Below, in pieces: positions 40,530 through 48,894 of a stretch of DNA of 64,000 nt (its first letter is position 1; each line of letters begins with the position of its first letter). The notes under the pieces were generated by a model. It ran no database searches and was not told where the DNA came from. It was given only the letters and a program-made list of their open reading frames with translations. Position numbers and translations under genes: made by a program. The DNA is from Candidatus Latescibacterota bacterium. GTDB taxonomy: Bacteria; Latescibacterota; UBA2968; UBA8231. The stretch spans positions 160,001-224,000 of the forward strand of contig CBDCDC010000002.1 in the NCBI GenBank assembly GCA_965215195.1, given 5' to 3'.

Positions 40530-42230
40530 GTGCCAATCGCTGAAACAGTATTAAACGGCATCCAAGACAGAGGCCGACGAGCACTGCCCATTGAGAGAAT
40601 TTATCGACACCTCTACAACCCCGACCTATTCCTACGTGCTTATGGGCGCATCTACCGAAAAACAGGGGCGACCACACAAGGCATCACAGAAGAAACCACA
40701 GATGGCATGTCAATGAAGAAAATCAATACCCTCCTAGAGAAATTCCGCTGTGAGCGTTACCAATGGACTCCGGTAAGGCGGATATATATTCCCAAGAAAA
40801 ACGGCGGGCGGCGTCCGCTCGGCATCCCCGTTTGGTCCGATAAACTGGTACAAGAAGTCATGCGATCCATACTGGAAGCCTACTATGAACCCCAGTTTAG
40901 CGATCTGTCCCACGGCTTCCGAGCTAACCGAGGCTGTCACTCTGCACTAAGAGAAATTGCAAAATGGAAAGACATAGACTGGTTTATCGAAGGCGACATC
41001 AAAGAATGTTTTGACAGCATAGACCACGATCTACTACTGTCCATATTGAAAGAGAAAGTCCACGATGATCGATTCATTGTCTTACTCGGCCAGCTTCTCA
41101 AGGTCGGATATGTAGAGTATGGGAGCTACAAATCCACCCTGATCGGCACCCCACAAGGAGGGCCTGTAAGCCCAATCTTTGCCAATGTGTATCTCGACAA
41201 GCTGGATAGGTTTGTCGAAAACACACTCATGCCTCGCTATACAAAAGGTAATTGGAAAACCGCGAGGAACTTGCAAAGAATAATGCGGCAAAGGCCGCTA
41301 TCTAATGCCAAAAATCATATCTTTAGACGACTGCGCTATATCCGATACGCCGACGACTTTCTGATTGGCTTTACCGGGCTAGAGGCAGAAGTAAAAGAAG
41401 TCAAGAGGTGCCTCAAAGGATTTCTCCAAGAAAAGCTGAAATTGGAACTATCAGAGGACAAAACCTTGCTCACGTACGCCCGCACCGAGAAAGCACAATT
41501 CCTCGGATACGAAATCAAAAGAATGACTGAAAATACCAAACACAAAAAAGGCCGAAAGCCGATCAACAACGCGCTGAGTCTCAGCGTTCCAATAAGATTC
41601 ATAAAAGAGCGATGTGAACTCTATATAAAATACGGGCGAATAATGCCTCGTGCCGAACTGATCAACGACAGCGACGCCGACATCACGAGTTTCTTTCAGA
41701 GCCGATATGCCGGTTATGTGCAATACTACATGCTTGCCCACAATGTCCACGCCTTAAACGAAGTGCGATGGGTTATGGAGAAGTCCTTGCTCAAGACGCT
41801 TGCCAAAAAGCATAAAACGAGCGTCAATCAGTTTGAAAAACAGTACAAGACGACCATCCAAACACCCCACGGTCCGCAAAAGTGCTTGGAGATGCAGGTG
41901 GTAAATCGAGAAGGAGAACCACAGATCGCACGCTTTGGCGGCATTCCTCTCAGACGACGACAAGGTAAGACCATTGAGGATCAAGCCCAAAATGATGCTC
42001 CCACGAGCAAAGGGACAGAACTCATCCAACGCCTGCTGGCAAACCTATGCGAATGCTGCGGCTCAGCGGGCAGAGTCGAAGTTCACCACATCCGAAAACT
42101 CGCCGACATCAAAAAGGGGAGGTCGCCAAAACCCAAATGGACGCAAGAAATGATCGCGCACCAGCGAAAAACCTTGATTGTGTGCAAAAAGTGTCATCGC
42201 GCCATCCATTCGGACCAAATCAGCCACTGA
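40530..42230 (+). CDS. Group II intron-type reverse transcriptase/maturase with HNH endonuclease; no flanking intron RNA recognisable
   Basis: RPLGIP..DKLVQE, SHGFR, EGDIKECFDSIDH, GTPQGG, YADD and FLGY; maturase X region; CECCG..EVHH..CKKCHRAIH; likely GTG start 40530 after GAGG. Confidence 0.95.
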   Translation: MPIAETVLNGIQDRGRRALPIERIYRHLYNPDLFLRAYGRIYRKTGATTQGITEETTDGMSMKKINTLLEKFRCERYQWTPVRRIYIPKKNGGRRPLGIPVWSDKLVQEVMRSILEAYYEPQFSDLSHGFRANRGCHSALREIAKWKDIDWFIEGDIKECFDSIDHDLLLSILKEKVHDDRFIVLLGQLLKVGYVEYGSYKSTLIGTPQGGPVSPIFANVYLDKLDRFVENTLMPRYTKGNWKTARNLQRIMRQRPLSNAKNHIFRRLRYIRYADDFLIGFTGLEAEVKEVKRCLKGFLQEKLKLELSEDKTLLTYARTEKAQFLGYEIKRMTENTKHKKGRKPINNALSLSVPIRFIKERCELYIKYGRIMPRAELINDSDADITSFFQSRYAGYVQYYMLAHNVHALNEVRWVMEKSLLKTLAKKHKTSVNQFEKQYKTTIQTPHGPQKCLEMQVVNREGEPQIARFGGIPLRRRQGKTIEDQAQNDAPTSKGTELIQRLLANLCECCGSAGRVEVHHIRKLADIKKGRSPKPKWTQEMIAHQRKTLIVCKKCHRAIHSDQISH

Positions 42231-42282
42231 TGTTAGGCTCTGGCGGTTTGGCCTCTTTATCAAAATCTCAAAGGAGCAACTC

Positions 42283-43665
42283 ATGGAAACAGCCACACAC
42301 CAGCCAGCGAATGAGCCGCACACGATCTTGTTATGCACCGTCGGCGGTGCTCATCAGCCGATTCTTGAGGCAATTGACTCAACGTCACCTAGCTATGTCT
42401 GCTTCTTCTGCACGGACAAAGATCCCGTGACCCAAAAGCCAGGTACTATCGGTCATGTGACCGGTAGTGGCTATGTCATCAAGGCTGACTACAACGAAAC
42501 TAAGCCTACGTTGCCGAATATCCCCACCCAAGCGCGTCTTAATAACGGCGAGTTTGAAACGCAGATAGTCCCGGCGGACGACCTTGATGGGGCTTATTTA
42601 GTCATGCGTAACGCCATCATCAACTTGGCTGCGCGATTTTCGGGCCCCCGATTTATCGCCGACTATACGGGGGGCACCAAGACGATGACGGCGGCACTTG
42701 TATGCGCTGCCTTACAGGGGAGGGATGATGTCGAGCTTCAACTTGTTACGGGTACCCGTTCCACTCCCACCATCGTGGACGATGGAACCGAACAGGCGAT
42801 GACAGCGAGCGTGGCTCGTCTGCGCCTTGAACGGGCGATGGCACCCTATCTTGGGGCTTGGTCGCGGTATGCGTATTACGAAGCCGCGGAAGGGCTGAGA
42901 AGCATCCGAATTGTCAGCAACGACCGCGATCGGCAGGGGTTCCTCTTTGTAAGCTCACTAAGCCGAGCCCTAGCTCTTTGGGATAACTTCAATCATGCCG
43001 ACGCATTAAAGTTGATGCGGCACTATGGAGGGCAAGTCGCTCAATGCTATCCGAAAATGTTGCCTTGGTTGGACTTACTCGCTAAGGAGAAGGGGAACGA
43101 ACCCGCACTGCTGTTTGACCTCTGGTTAAATGCCCAGCGGTGTGCAGCCCAAGGCCGGTTCGACGATGCGATTGCGCGATGGTACCGCCTGCTGGAGTGG
43201 ACAGCTCAATGGCAACTGCAAACGAAGCTCAAGGCCAATACCGCGGATTTTGCATCTGATTTGCTGCCATCGGGTGTTGACGCGGCTCCAAGTAGCGATA
43301 AAAAAATCAAGCTCGGACTTTGGCAGGCATGGCAAGTCGTGAAGCACCATGAACGCCTGTCGGGACCCGCTCAAGAATTCATCAAGAACCACGGGGGGAA
43401 GGTCTTCGATTTACTTAAGGTACGCAACAATTCGATACTGGCTCACGGTTTTCGTCCAGTGAGTGACTCGGACTGGCAGCAGGTGTATTCGTGGACGCAG
43501 GACAAATTCCTGCCTGCCCGTTCTGCGTCAGTTAGCCGCCAAAGCAAACATAAAAAAAGAGCCGGAGCAACTCCCGACCACACCTCCAGAATTCTTCACC
43601 TGAACCGCGTCCGACAGTTACTGGCTCGCTTGATCCGTTTGTCTCAGTACACGACAGCAACCTAA
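42283..43665 (+). CDS. CARF-HEPN effector (TIGR02710-like, Csm6/Csx1-related); last ~50 codons are out of frame
   Basis: CTVGGAHQP, ADYTGGTKTMTAAL, GRFDDAIARWYRLLE, HEPN RNNSILAHGF; 4-bp duplication at 43509-43516. Confidence 0.9.
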   Translation: METATHQPANEPHTILLCTVGGAHQPILEAIDSTSPSYVCFFCTDKDPVTQKPGTIGHVTGSGYVIKADYNETKPTLPNIPTQARLNNGEFETQIVPADDLDGAYLVMRNAIINLAARFSGPRFIADYTGGTKTMTAALVCAALQGRDDVELQLVTGTRSTPTIVDDGTEQAMTASVARLRLERAMAPYLGAWSRYAYYEAAEGLRSIRIVSNDRDRQGFLFVSSLSRALALWDNFNHADALKLMRHYGGQVAQCYPKMLPWLDLLAKEKGNEPALLFDLWLNAQRCAAQGRFDDAIARWYRLLEWTAQWQLQTKLKANTADFASDLLPSGVDAAPSSDKKIKLGLWQAWQVVKHHERLSGPAQEFIKNHGGKVFDLLKVRNNSILAHGFRPVSDSDWQQVYSWTQDKFLPARSASVSRQSKHKKRAGATPDHTSRILHLNRVRQLLARLIRLSQYTTAT

Positions 43666-43829
43666 GTTGTGGCACGACGCTGATGGGCTTGGTTGTGCAA
43701 CGGCTGGTTGAAGAAGCCCGAAAGCTGGATCGCCCGGTGCGACGTTTTGCTCTCATTGATCGCCGTTCCCAAGACGAGCAGGACAGCGATCCGTTTGTGC
43801 AGGGCGATTGCCACTGGCTTGACAACTGA
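43659..43829 (+). pseudogene. 3' remnant of a CARF-like gene (copy 2)
   Basis: NLSCGTTLMGLVVQRLVEEARKLDRPVRRFALIDRRSQDEQDSDPFVQGDCHWLDN*; NLSCGTT resembles the CARF N-x-T-G-G-T motif. Confidence 0.6.
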
Positions 43830-44340
43830 ATGAGACTGAGGCTATTGATGCCTGCCACTATTCTTTGCTCATCTGCCAGACCCTCCAACGCCTCACGAGC
43901 AACCCCCAGTACAAGCTCAAGCGATACCACATCACGACCCAGTAACACCTGCATTTTTTGCACTTTTGCACCAGTTCGGCCCCTCGCCCCGCTCCTCGCC
44001 CGGCAGTGCCTCTTGCGTAAGTAACGCATTTACAATGCCTTAACGGCCCCTCAACCAAGTCTGGCATTGGATTTGCTATCTATACGTAGGTCGATGGTCC
44101 CTGCCGTGCAGCCGGGAGAGTTTCACGGCCTAATAGGGCAAGCAATTTGGGCACTTGATGCTTTGCAGCTCCCAATTGAAACGGTGAGAGTGCAAATTAT
44201 GCACTTTGAGCACCCCAAGGCCGGTGCTTCTAACTCGCGCAATTTGAGTGCCTTGCAGGCCGTCGGCTCGAAATTGTTGCAACGGAGGGCAAAAATTTGC
44301 GCCTGCTAACCCCATTTCCAAGGAGGTTTCGCGATCCAAG

Positions 44341-44885
44341 AGGTGAAGTGTTGACTCATTGCTAGGGGATTGAAGCTGAGGATGAGGATGGTACGTTGGT
44401 TGTTTTTCGCTACGCGGCGGTAAATTAGCCCAATCAACCTAATAACCGGGAGAACAAGATGGAAGATTATTCGGCGGTAGTCTGCAAAGCCGTAGTGGAT
44501 CATATTTCAATACGCTACGGATCAGCCGGATCAGCCAGATGTTCGAGAAGGTGGGTAGAAACCGAACCCGGCTTGATGCACAGGATTTCTAGAAAATGGC
44601 TGGCGGACCACAGGCGTTGGGTGGAGTTTCGCCACGCGCCCAAGCGGCAACAGGCTGCCGAGGATTCCGAGCGTCGCCGGCGGGCTGTATATGCTCGCTA
44701 TGCCTTGCTCGAGGAATGGGAATTTGTCGATAGTAAACGGCCGGGTAAGGCCCGGTCTTGGTTTGCTCCTATTTGAAGAGTTGCCCCGATTGCTAGGGGA
44801 TTGAAACTGTGGGAGCATGATGGGAGCACGCGGAGCATGAGCCGAGTTGCTTAGCGCGTTGCCCCGTTTTCCAGAGGATCGAAAC
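44341..44885 (+). CRISPR. Degenerate mini-array of a second repeat type: three repeats at 44341-44376, 44771-44807 and 44849-44885
   Basis: Best copy ATTTGAAGAGTTGCCCCGATTGCTAGGGGATTGAAAC (29/37 identical to the main repeat); flanking copies diverged; gaps of 394 bp and 41 bp. Confidence 0.8.
44459..44776 (+). CDS. Hypothetical 105-aa protein lying between two CRISPR-like repeats
   Basis: GGGAGA RBS before ATG; stop codon lies inside the repeat at 44771; no recognisable family. Confidence 0.4.
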   Translation: MEDYSAVVCKAVVDHISIRYGSAGSARCSRRWVETEPGLMHRISRKWLADHRRWVEFRHAPKRQQAAEDSERRRRAVYARYALLEEWEFVDSKRPGKARSWFAPI

Positions 44886-44917
44886 CACCCCAGCGCCACA
44901 GCCCAGCGATTCCGCCC

Positions 44918-45637
44918 ATGCGCCTCTGCGACTTTCCAATCCTGACCTTCGACACCTATGGAACCCTGATCGACTGGGAGACGGGAATCTGGGATGCGCT
45001 GCAACCGCTCTGCTCGCGTCTGGCCGACCCGCCGACCCGCGAGGCGGCCCTCGCAGCATTCGCACGGGCGGAATCGGCCGGCCAAGCGGCCACCCCGGAC
45101 CTGCTCTATGCCGACCTCTTGGCAGCCACCCACCGCACACTGGCCCGGACTTGGGGCCGCGAACCCGAGGATGCCGAGAGCATCCGCTTCGGCCAGTCGG
45201 TCGGGGACTGGCCGGCCTTTGCCGACGCGGCCGAATCGCTCGCCTACCTGCAACGCCACCACCGGCTGATCACCCTCACCAATTGCGACCGCGCCAGCTA
45301 CCAGGGCAGTGCCGCCCGCCTCGGCGATCCTTGGGACGCGATTCTCACGGCCGAGGAGATCGGCTCGTACAAACCGTCGCTGGCCAACTTTGAATTCCTG
45401 CTCGCCCGGGTGGCGGCCGACTTTGGCCATGCTCCCGGGAGCATCCTGCACGTCGCCCAGAGCCTCTTTCACGACCACGTGCCGGCCAAGGCGCTCGGAC
45501 TGACGACGGCATGGATTGACCGGCGTGCGGGGCGCAAAGGCGGCGCGACAGTACCGCCGCAGAAGGCAGTGGAACCCGACTTCTGTTTCAAAAGCATGGC
45601 GGAGCTGGTCGCCCAGCATCGCGCCGAACGGGCCTGA
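44918..45637 (+). CDS. HAD-family hydrolase (haloacid dehalogenase type II-like)
   Basis: LTFDTYGTLIDWE, LTNCD, SYKPS, LHVAQSLFHDHVPA. Confidence 0.92.
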   Translation: MRLCDFPILTFDTYGTLIDWETGIWDALQPLCSRLADPPTREAALAAFARAESAGQAATPDLLYADLLAATHRTLARTWGREPEDAESIRFGQSVGDWPAFADAAESLAYLQRHHRLITLTNCDRASYQGSAARLGDPWDAILTAEEIGSYKPSLANFEFLLARVAADFGHAPGSILHVAQSLFHDHVPAKALGLTTAWIDRRAGRKGGATVPPQKAVEPDFCFKSMAELVAQHRAERA

Positions 45638-45735
45638 ATCCGCCCCGGCGGCGCGTGGACGAAAGCGAAATGCGCCGCTAATTTCTAGAGGACGGCTCCC
45701 CCTTGGTGCTAATGCTAACGGAAGGAGAAAGACGA

Positions 45736-45918
45736 ATGGAGTATCGACACATAATCACCATTGAACCCGGAAAGCGCAGTGGTAAGCCGTGCATTCGCGG
45801 CATGAGGATTACCGGCTATGATGTGCTTGACTATCTCGCCTCGGATATGTCCGTTGAAGAGATTTTGCGCGACTTTCCCGAACTTACGGACGCATCACGC
45901 TGCAATTTTGAGATTTGA
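45736..45918 (+). pseudogene. DUF433-family antitoxin, 3'-truncated, no toxin
   Basis: ITIEPGKRSGKPCIRGMRIT..DVLDYLAS..EEILRDFPELT, then loss of the usual final helix. Confidence 0.8.
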
Positions 45919-45984
45919 GCAAAACGATTTTGCGCTGGAATAAATCGCTTCGTTATACGGGAAAGGATTCAGGATCGAGACCCC

Positions 45985-46746
45985 ATGAGCACACCCCTCC
46001 ACGATCGCATCGCCTTAGTAACGGGCGCGGCTGGCGGCCTTGGCCAAGCAATATGCCGCGCCTTGGCCGCCGAAGGCGCAACAGTCGCCCTGCACTACCG
46101 CACTCAGCAGGATGCTGCCCACGCACTCGCGGCCGAGCTGGGCGGAGCCGCCTTTGAGGCCGATATAACCGAGGCGGCGGCCGCGCAGTCGCTGGTTGAG
46201 GGCGTGGCCGGGGAACTGGGCGGGTTGGACATTTTGGTCAACAACGCCGGCATCACCATCGGCGGGCAGTTCGTGGCCGATATGGCGCTGGCGGACTGGC
46301 ACCGAGTGCTCGATGTCAACCTCAACAGCGTCCTCTATATGTGTAAGGCCGCCCTGCCCCTGATGCGTGAGCGGGGCAGTGGCGCGGTCGTCAATATCGC
46401 CTCGAATGTGGTCAACACCCTGCCCGGCGGGGCCGCAGCGTACGCGACCACCAAGGCCGGGGTCGTGGCCTTGACCAAAGTGCTGTCCAAAGAGGAAGCC
46501 GCGCACGGCATCCGCGTCAATGTGGTGTCGCCGGGGATCATCGACGCCGGGATGGGGCGCGGGGCGCTGGCGCGGCGAGCACCGGCAGTGCGGGCGCAGT
46601 TTCTCAGCAGCATTCCCATGGGCCGGGCCGGCGGGCCGGAAGAGGTGGCCGCGGCCGTGGTCTTTTTGGTCTCGCCGGCGGCCAGCTACGTGACCGGACA
46701 ACACCTAAGCGTCAATGGCGGCGACCGCACCGAGTCCTACCAGTAG
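45985..46746 (+). CDS. SDR family (FabG-like) oxidoreductase
   Basis: VTGAAGGLG, LVNNAG, YATTK, VNVVSPG. Confidence 0.95.
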   Translation: MSTPLHDRIALVTGAAGGLGQAICRALAAEGATVALHYRTQQDAAHALAAELGGAAFEADITEAAAAQSLVEGVAGELGGLDILVNNAGITIGGQFVADMALADWHRVLDVNLNSVLYMCKAALPLMRERGSGAVVNIASNVVNTLPGGAAAYATTKAGVVALTKVLSKEEAAHGIRVNVVSPGIIDAGMGRGALARRAPAVRAQFLSSIPMGRAGGPEEVAAAVVFLVSPAASYVTGQHLSVNGGDRTESYQ

Positions 46747-46881
46747 AAGGCACTGCGCCCCAATTTGTGATAGACACCTATACTAACAGTAACTATATTG
46801 GATTACTAACATTTATGAACCTATCGCTCCCGCTGCAATGTCGTCGGGAAGCGCGTCTAATCTCGAAGCGATCTTACTGAA

Positions 46882-48894
46882 ATGAAGTACTTATTCACCG
46901 GCGGCGGCACGGGCGGCCACGTGTACCCGGCCTTGGCCATGGCCAACGAAGTTCGGCAGACGCGGGCAGACGCCGAATTCCTCTATGTGGGCCATCGAGA
47001 CAAGTTAGAGTCTTGGGTGGTGCCCGAGCAGGGGTATCCCATCCGCTTTGTCCGCGCCCGCCCCTTCCCCCGGACGCGCTCTCCGGTGGCCCTGTTGCGG
47101 TTCGCCGGTGCGCTCGCGGTCGGGGTGGTCCAAGGGGTGTGCATCCTCTTGCGCTACCGGCCCCAAGTCATCGTCAGCACGGGCGGCTTTGTCAGTGCGC
47201 CGATCCTCTTCGCGCATGGGGCGTTGGCAAAGGTCGGCCTTTCTCGCGCCCGCGTCTTTATCTACGAGCCGAATGCTTACCCCGGGCTTTTGAACCAAAT
47301 TAGCGGGCGGCTGGCCCAGCGAATCGGGGTGGCGTTTGAGCAGGCGGGCCGCTGGTTCGACATGAAGCGGGTGGCGGTGGTCGGCTATCCGGTGCGCCGC
47401 TCTTTTTTGCACCTCGACCGGTCGGCCGCACGGGAAAAGTTGGGCCTTGCCCAAGGCCGCAAGGTCGTGCTCGCCTTTGGCGGGTCGGGGGGGGCCAAGG
47501 CCATCAACGAGGCCGTGCTCCAAGCCTTGCCCCTCTGGCAAGCGGCCGGGCTGGTGGTCATCCACGTCACCGGTCGCTACAAGGGGCCGGATTACGACGC
47601 CGTGGCAGAGACCGAGGCGGCCTTGGCGGCGATGGGGATGGAGGGAGAATGCGACTGGTATCGACGCCTCGATTACGCGGATCAGATCGCCGATCTGGTC
47701 GCAGCGGCCGATCTGGTCATTTGCCGCTCCGGGGCCGGTACGCTCACCGAGATGGCGGTCAGCGGGACGCCCACCCTGATTGTGCCACTGCCGACCTCGG
47801 CCGAAGACCACCAAGCCCTCAACGCCCGCGAGATGGAGCGGATAGGGGCTGCTCAGGTGCTCTATCAAGAGGCGTTTTGGGACAACGCCGGCATCCACAG
47901 TCGGGTAGATGGAGAAAAAATGGCGCGGCAGGTGCTCGCATTGTGCGCCGACGAGGCGCGCTTGCAGGCCATGGGCAAGGCCGCCAAGACCATGCCCAAG
48001 GCCAACAGCCTCGAACTCATCGCGGCCGAGCTGGACCGCCTCATCGCCGGGCAGCGGCCACCGGCGCTGCGCTTGGAATTGCCCCCGGCCAAAAGCGGCT
48101 TGCCGACCGCTCCCAACGCCTTGCTGCGCTGGGTGCAGGCGCGGGTCGCAGAGGTGGGGGGCGTGGAGGCGATGGAGCGCGGCGAACTGGCCTACCTGCG
48201 CTATCAAGCCGATCGCCTGCTCGCGTCCGAGGGTTGGTGCGAAATCCCGCTGGGGCAGCGCAATGTGGGCGTCAAGCTCGTGGCGGTCTTAAACTACCAA
48301 GAGCGGCTGCCCTTGCTGCTGCACATCCTCACCGACCGCACCCCGGCCGGCCGGCCGCGCCGCTTTTGCGGCGGCGACTTCCGCCACGGGGGTATTATAC
48401 GCCGCAATGCAATTGAATACGGCCTGCGCGGCTTGGGGGCGAGCGACGCGCAAACCCGGGCCGCGCTGCTCAACGCGCTGGCCGCGGACCCCTACTTCGA
48501 GGTGCGGGCGTGGGCCGCGCAGGCCCTCGGGGAGTTGTTTGCAGTTGATGGCGAGATCGAAGGCGTGCTCGGCGCGGCCCTCGACGATAGCGCACCAGAA
48601 GTGGTCGTCCAAGCCCTCGGTGCCCTCGGGAAAATAAGCCACAATTCCGACCTGCTAGCGCGGCTGCGTTGCTTCTACCGGCACCCGAACTGGCAGATTC
48701 GCGAGCAGGTCGTGCTGGTGCTGATCGAATTTTTGCAGCGCGGCGTCTTGGAGCCGGCGCAATTGGAGCGCGATCTCGACCAAGTCCTGATCTCGATGCC
48801 TTATTTCAAGCCGGAGTTTCCCCTCGGCACACACCTGCGCGAATTGGCCGATCTCGTGCACACCGAGCGGTCCCTAGTGGCTTCGCAGCGATGA
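46882..48894 (+). CDS. murG: MurG glycosyltransferase with a ~290-aa C-terminal extension containing HEAT-like repeats
   Basis: TGGGTGGHVYPA, TGGFVSAP, EPNAYPGLLN, FGGSGGA, CRSGAGT and HQALNA; tail DPYFEVRAWAAQALG, DSAPEVVVQALGALG, HPNWQIREQ. Confidence 0.88.
   Translation: MKYLFTGGGTGGHVYPALAMANEVRQTRADAEFLYVGHRDKLESWVVPEQGYPIRFVRARPFPRTRSPVALLRFAGALAVGVVQGVCILLRYRPQVIVSTGGFVSAPILFAHGALAKVGLSRARVFIYEPNAYPGLLNQISGRLAQRIGVAFEQAGRWFDMKRVAVVGYPVRRSFLHLDRSAAREKLGLAQGRKVVLAFGGSGGAKAINEAVLQALPLWQAAGLVVIHVTGRYKGPDYDAVAETEAALAAMGMEGECDWYRRLDYADQIADLVAAADLVICRSGAGTLTEMAVSGTPTLIVPLPTSAEDHQALNAREMERIGAAQVLYQEAFWDNAGIHSRVDGEKMARQVLALCADEARLQAMGKAAKTMPKANSLELIAAELDRLIAGQRPPALRLELPPAKSGLPTAPNALLRWVQARVAEVGGVEAMERGELAYLRYQADRLLASEGWCEIPLGQRNVGVKLVAVLNYQERLPLLLHILTDRTPAGRPRRFCGGDFRHGGIIRRNAIEYGLRGLGASDAQTRAALLNALAADPYFEVRAWAAQALGELFAVDGEIEGVLGAALDDSAPEVVVQALGALGKISHNSDLLARLRCFYRHPNWQIREQVVLVLIEFLQRGVLEPAQLERDLDQVLISMPYFKPEFPLGTHLRELADLVHTERSLVASQR

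Noticed and set aside
37833-40677. Multiple ORFs across the array (FQSPTNRVQCSD repeats)
   Set aside because: Translation artefacts of the CRISPR repeats.
40530-42230. RT as a retron, DGR or Abi-type RT
   Set aside because: It has maturase X and HNH domains typical of group II intron proteins. I saw no VTG retron motif, no template/variable repeat pair and no avd gene.
43830-44060. Possible second CRISPR leader
   Set aside because: It looks non-coding but shares only a 10-nt inverted match (AAGTAACGCA) with the main leader and is about 280 bp from the nearest repeat; insufficient evidence.
44175-44182. Isolated ATTGAAAC as a fourth variant repeat
   Set aside because: The upstream 29 nt do not resemble either repeat.
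44531-45619. Long antisense ORFs (this 362-aa ORF, 47005..48207, 50858..52141 and similar)
   Set aside because: Shadow ORFs of well-supported genes on the opposite strand in high-GC DNA.
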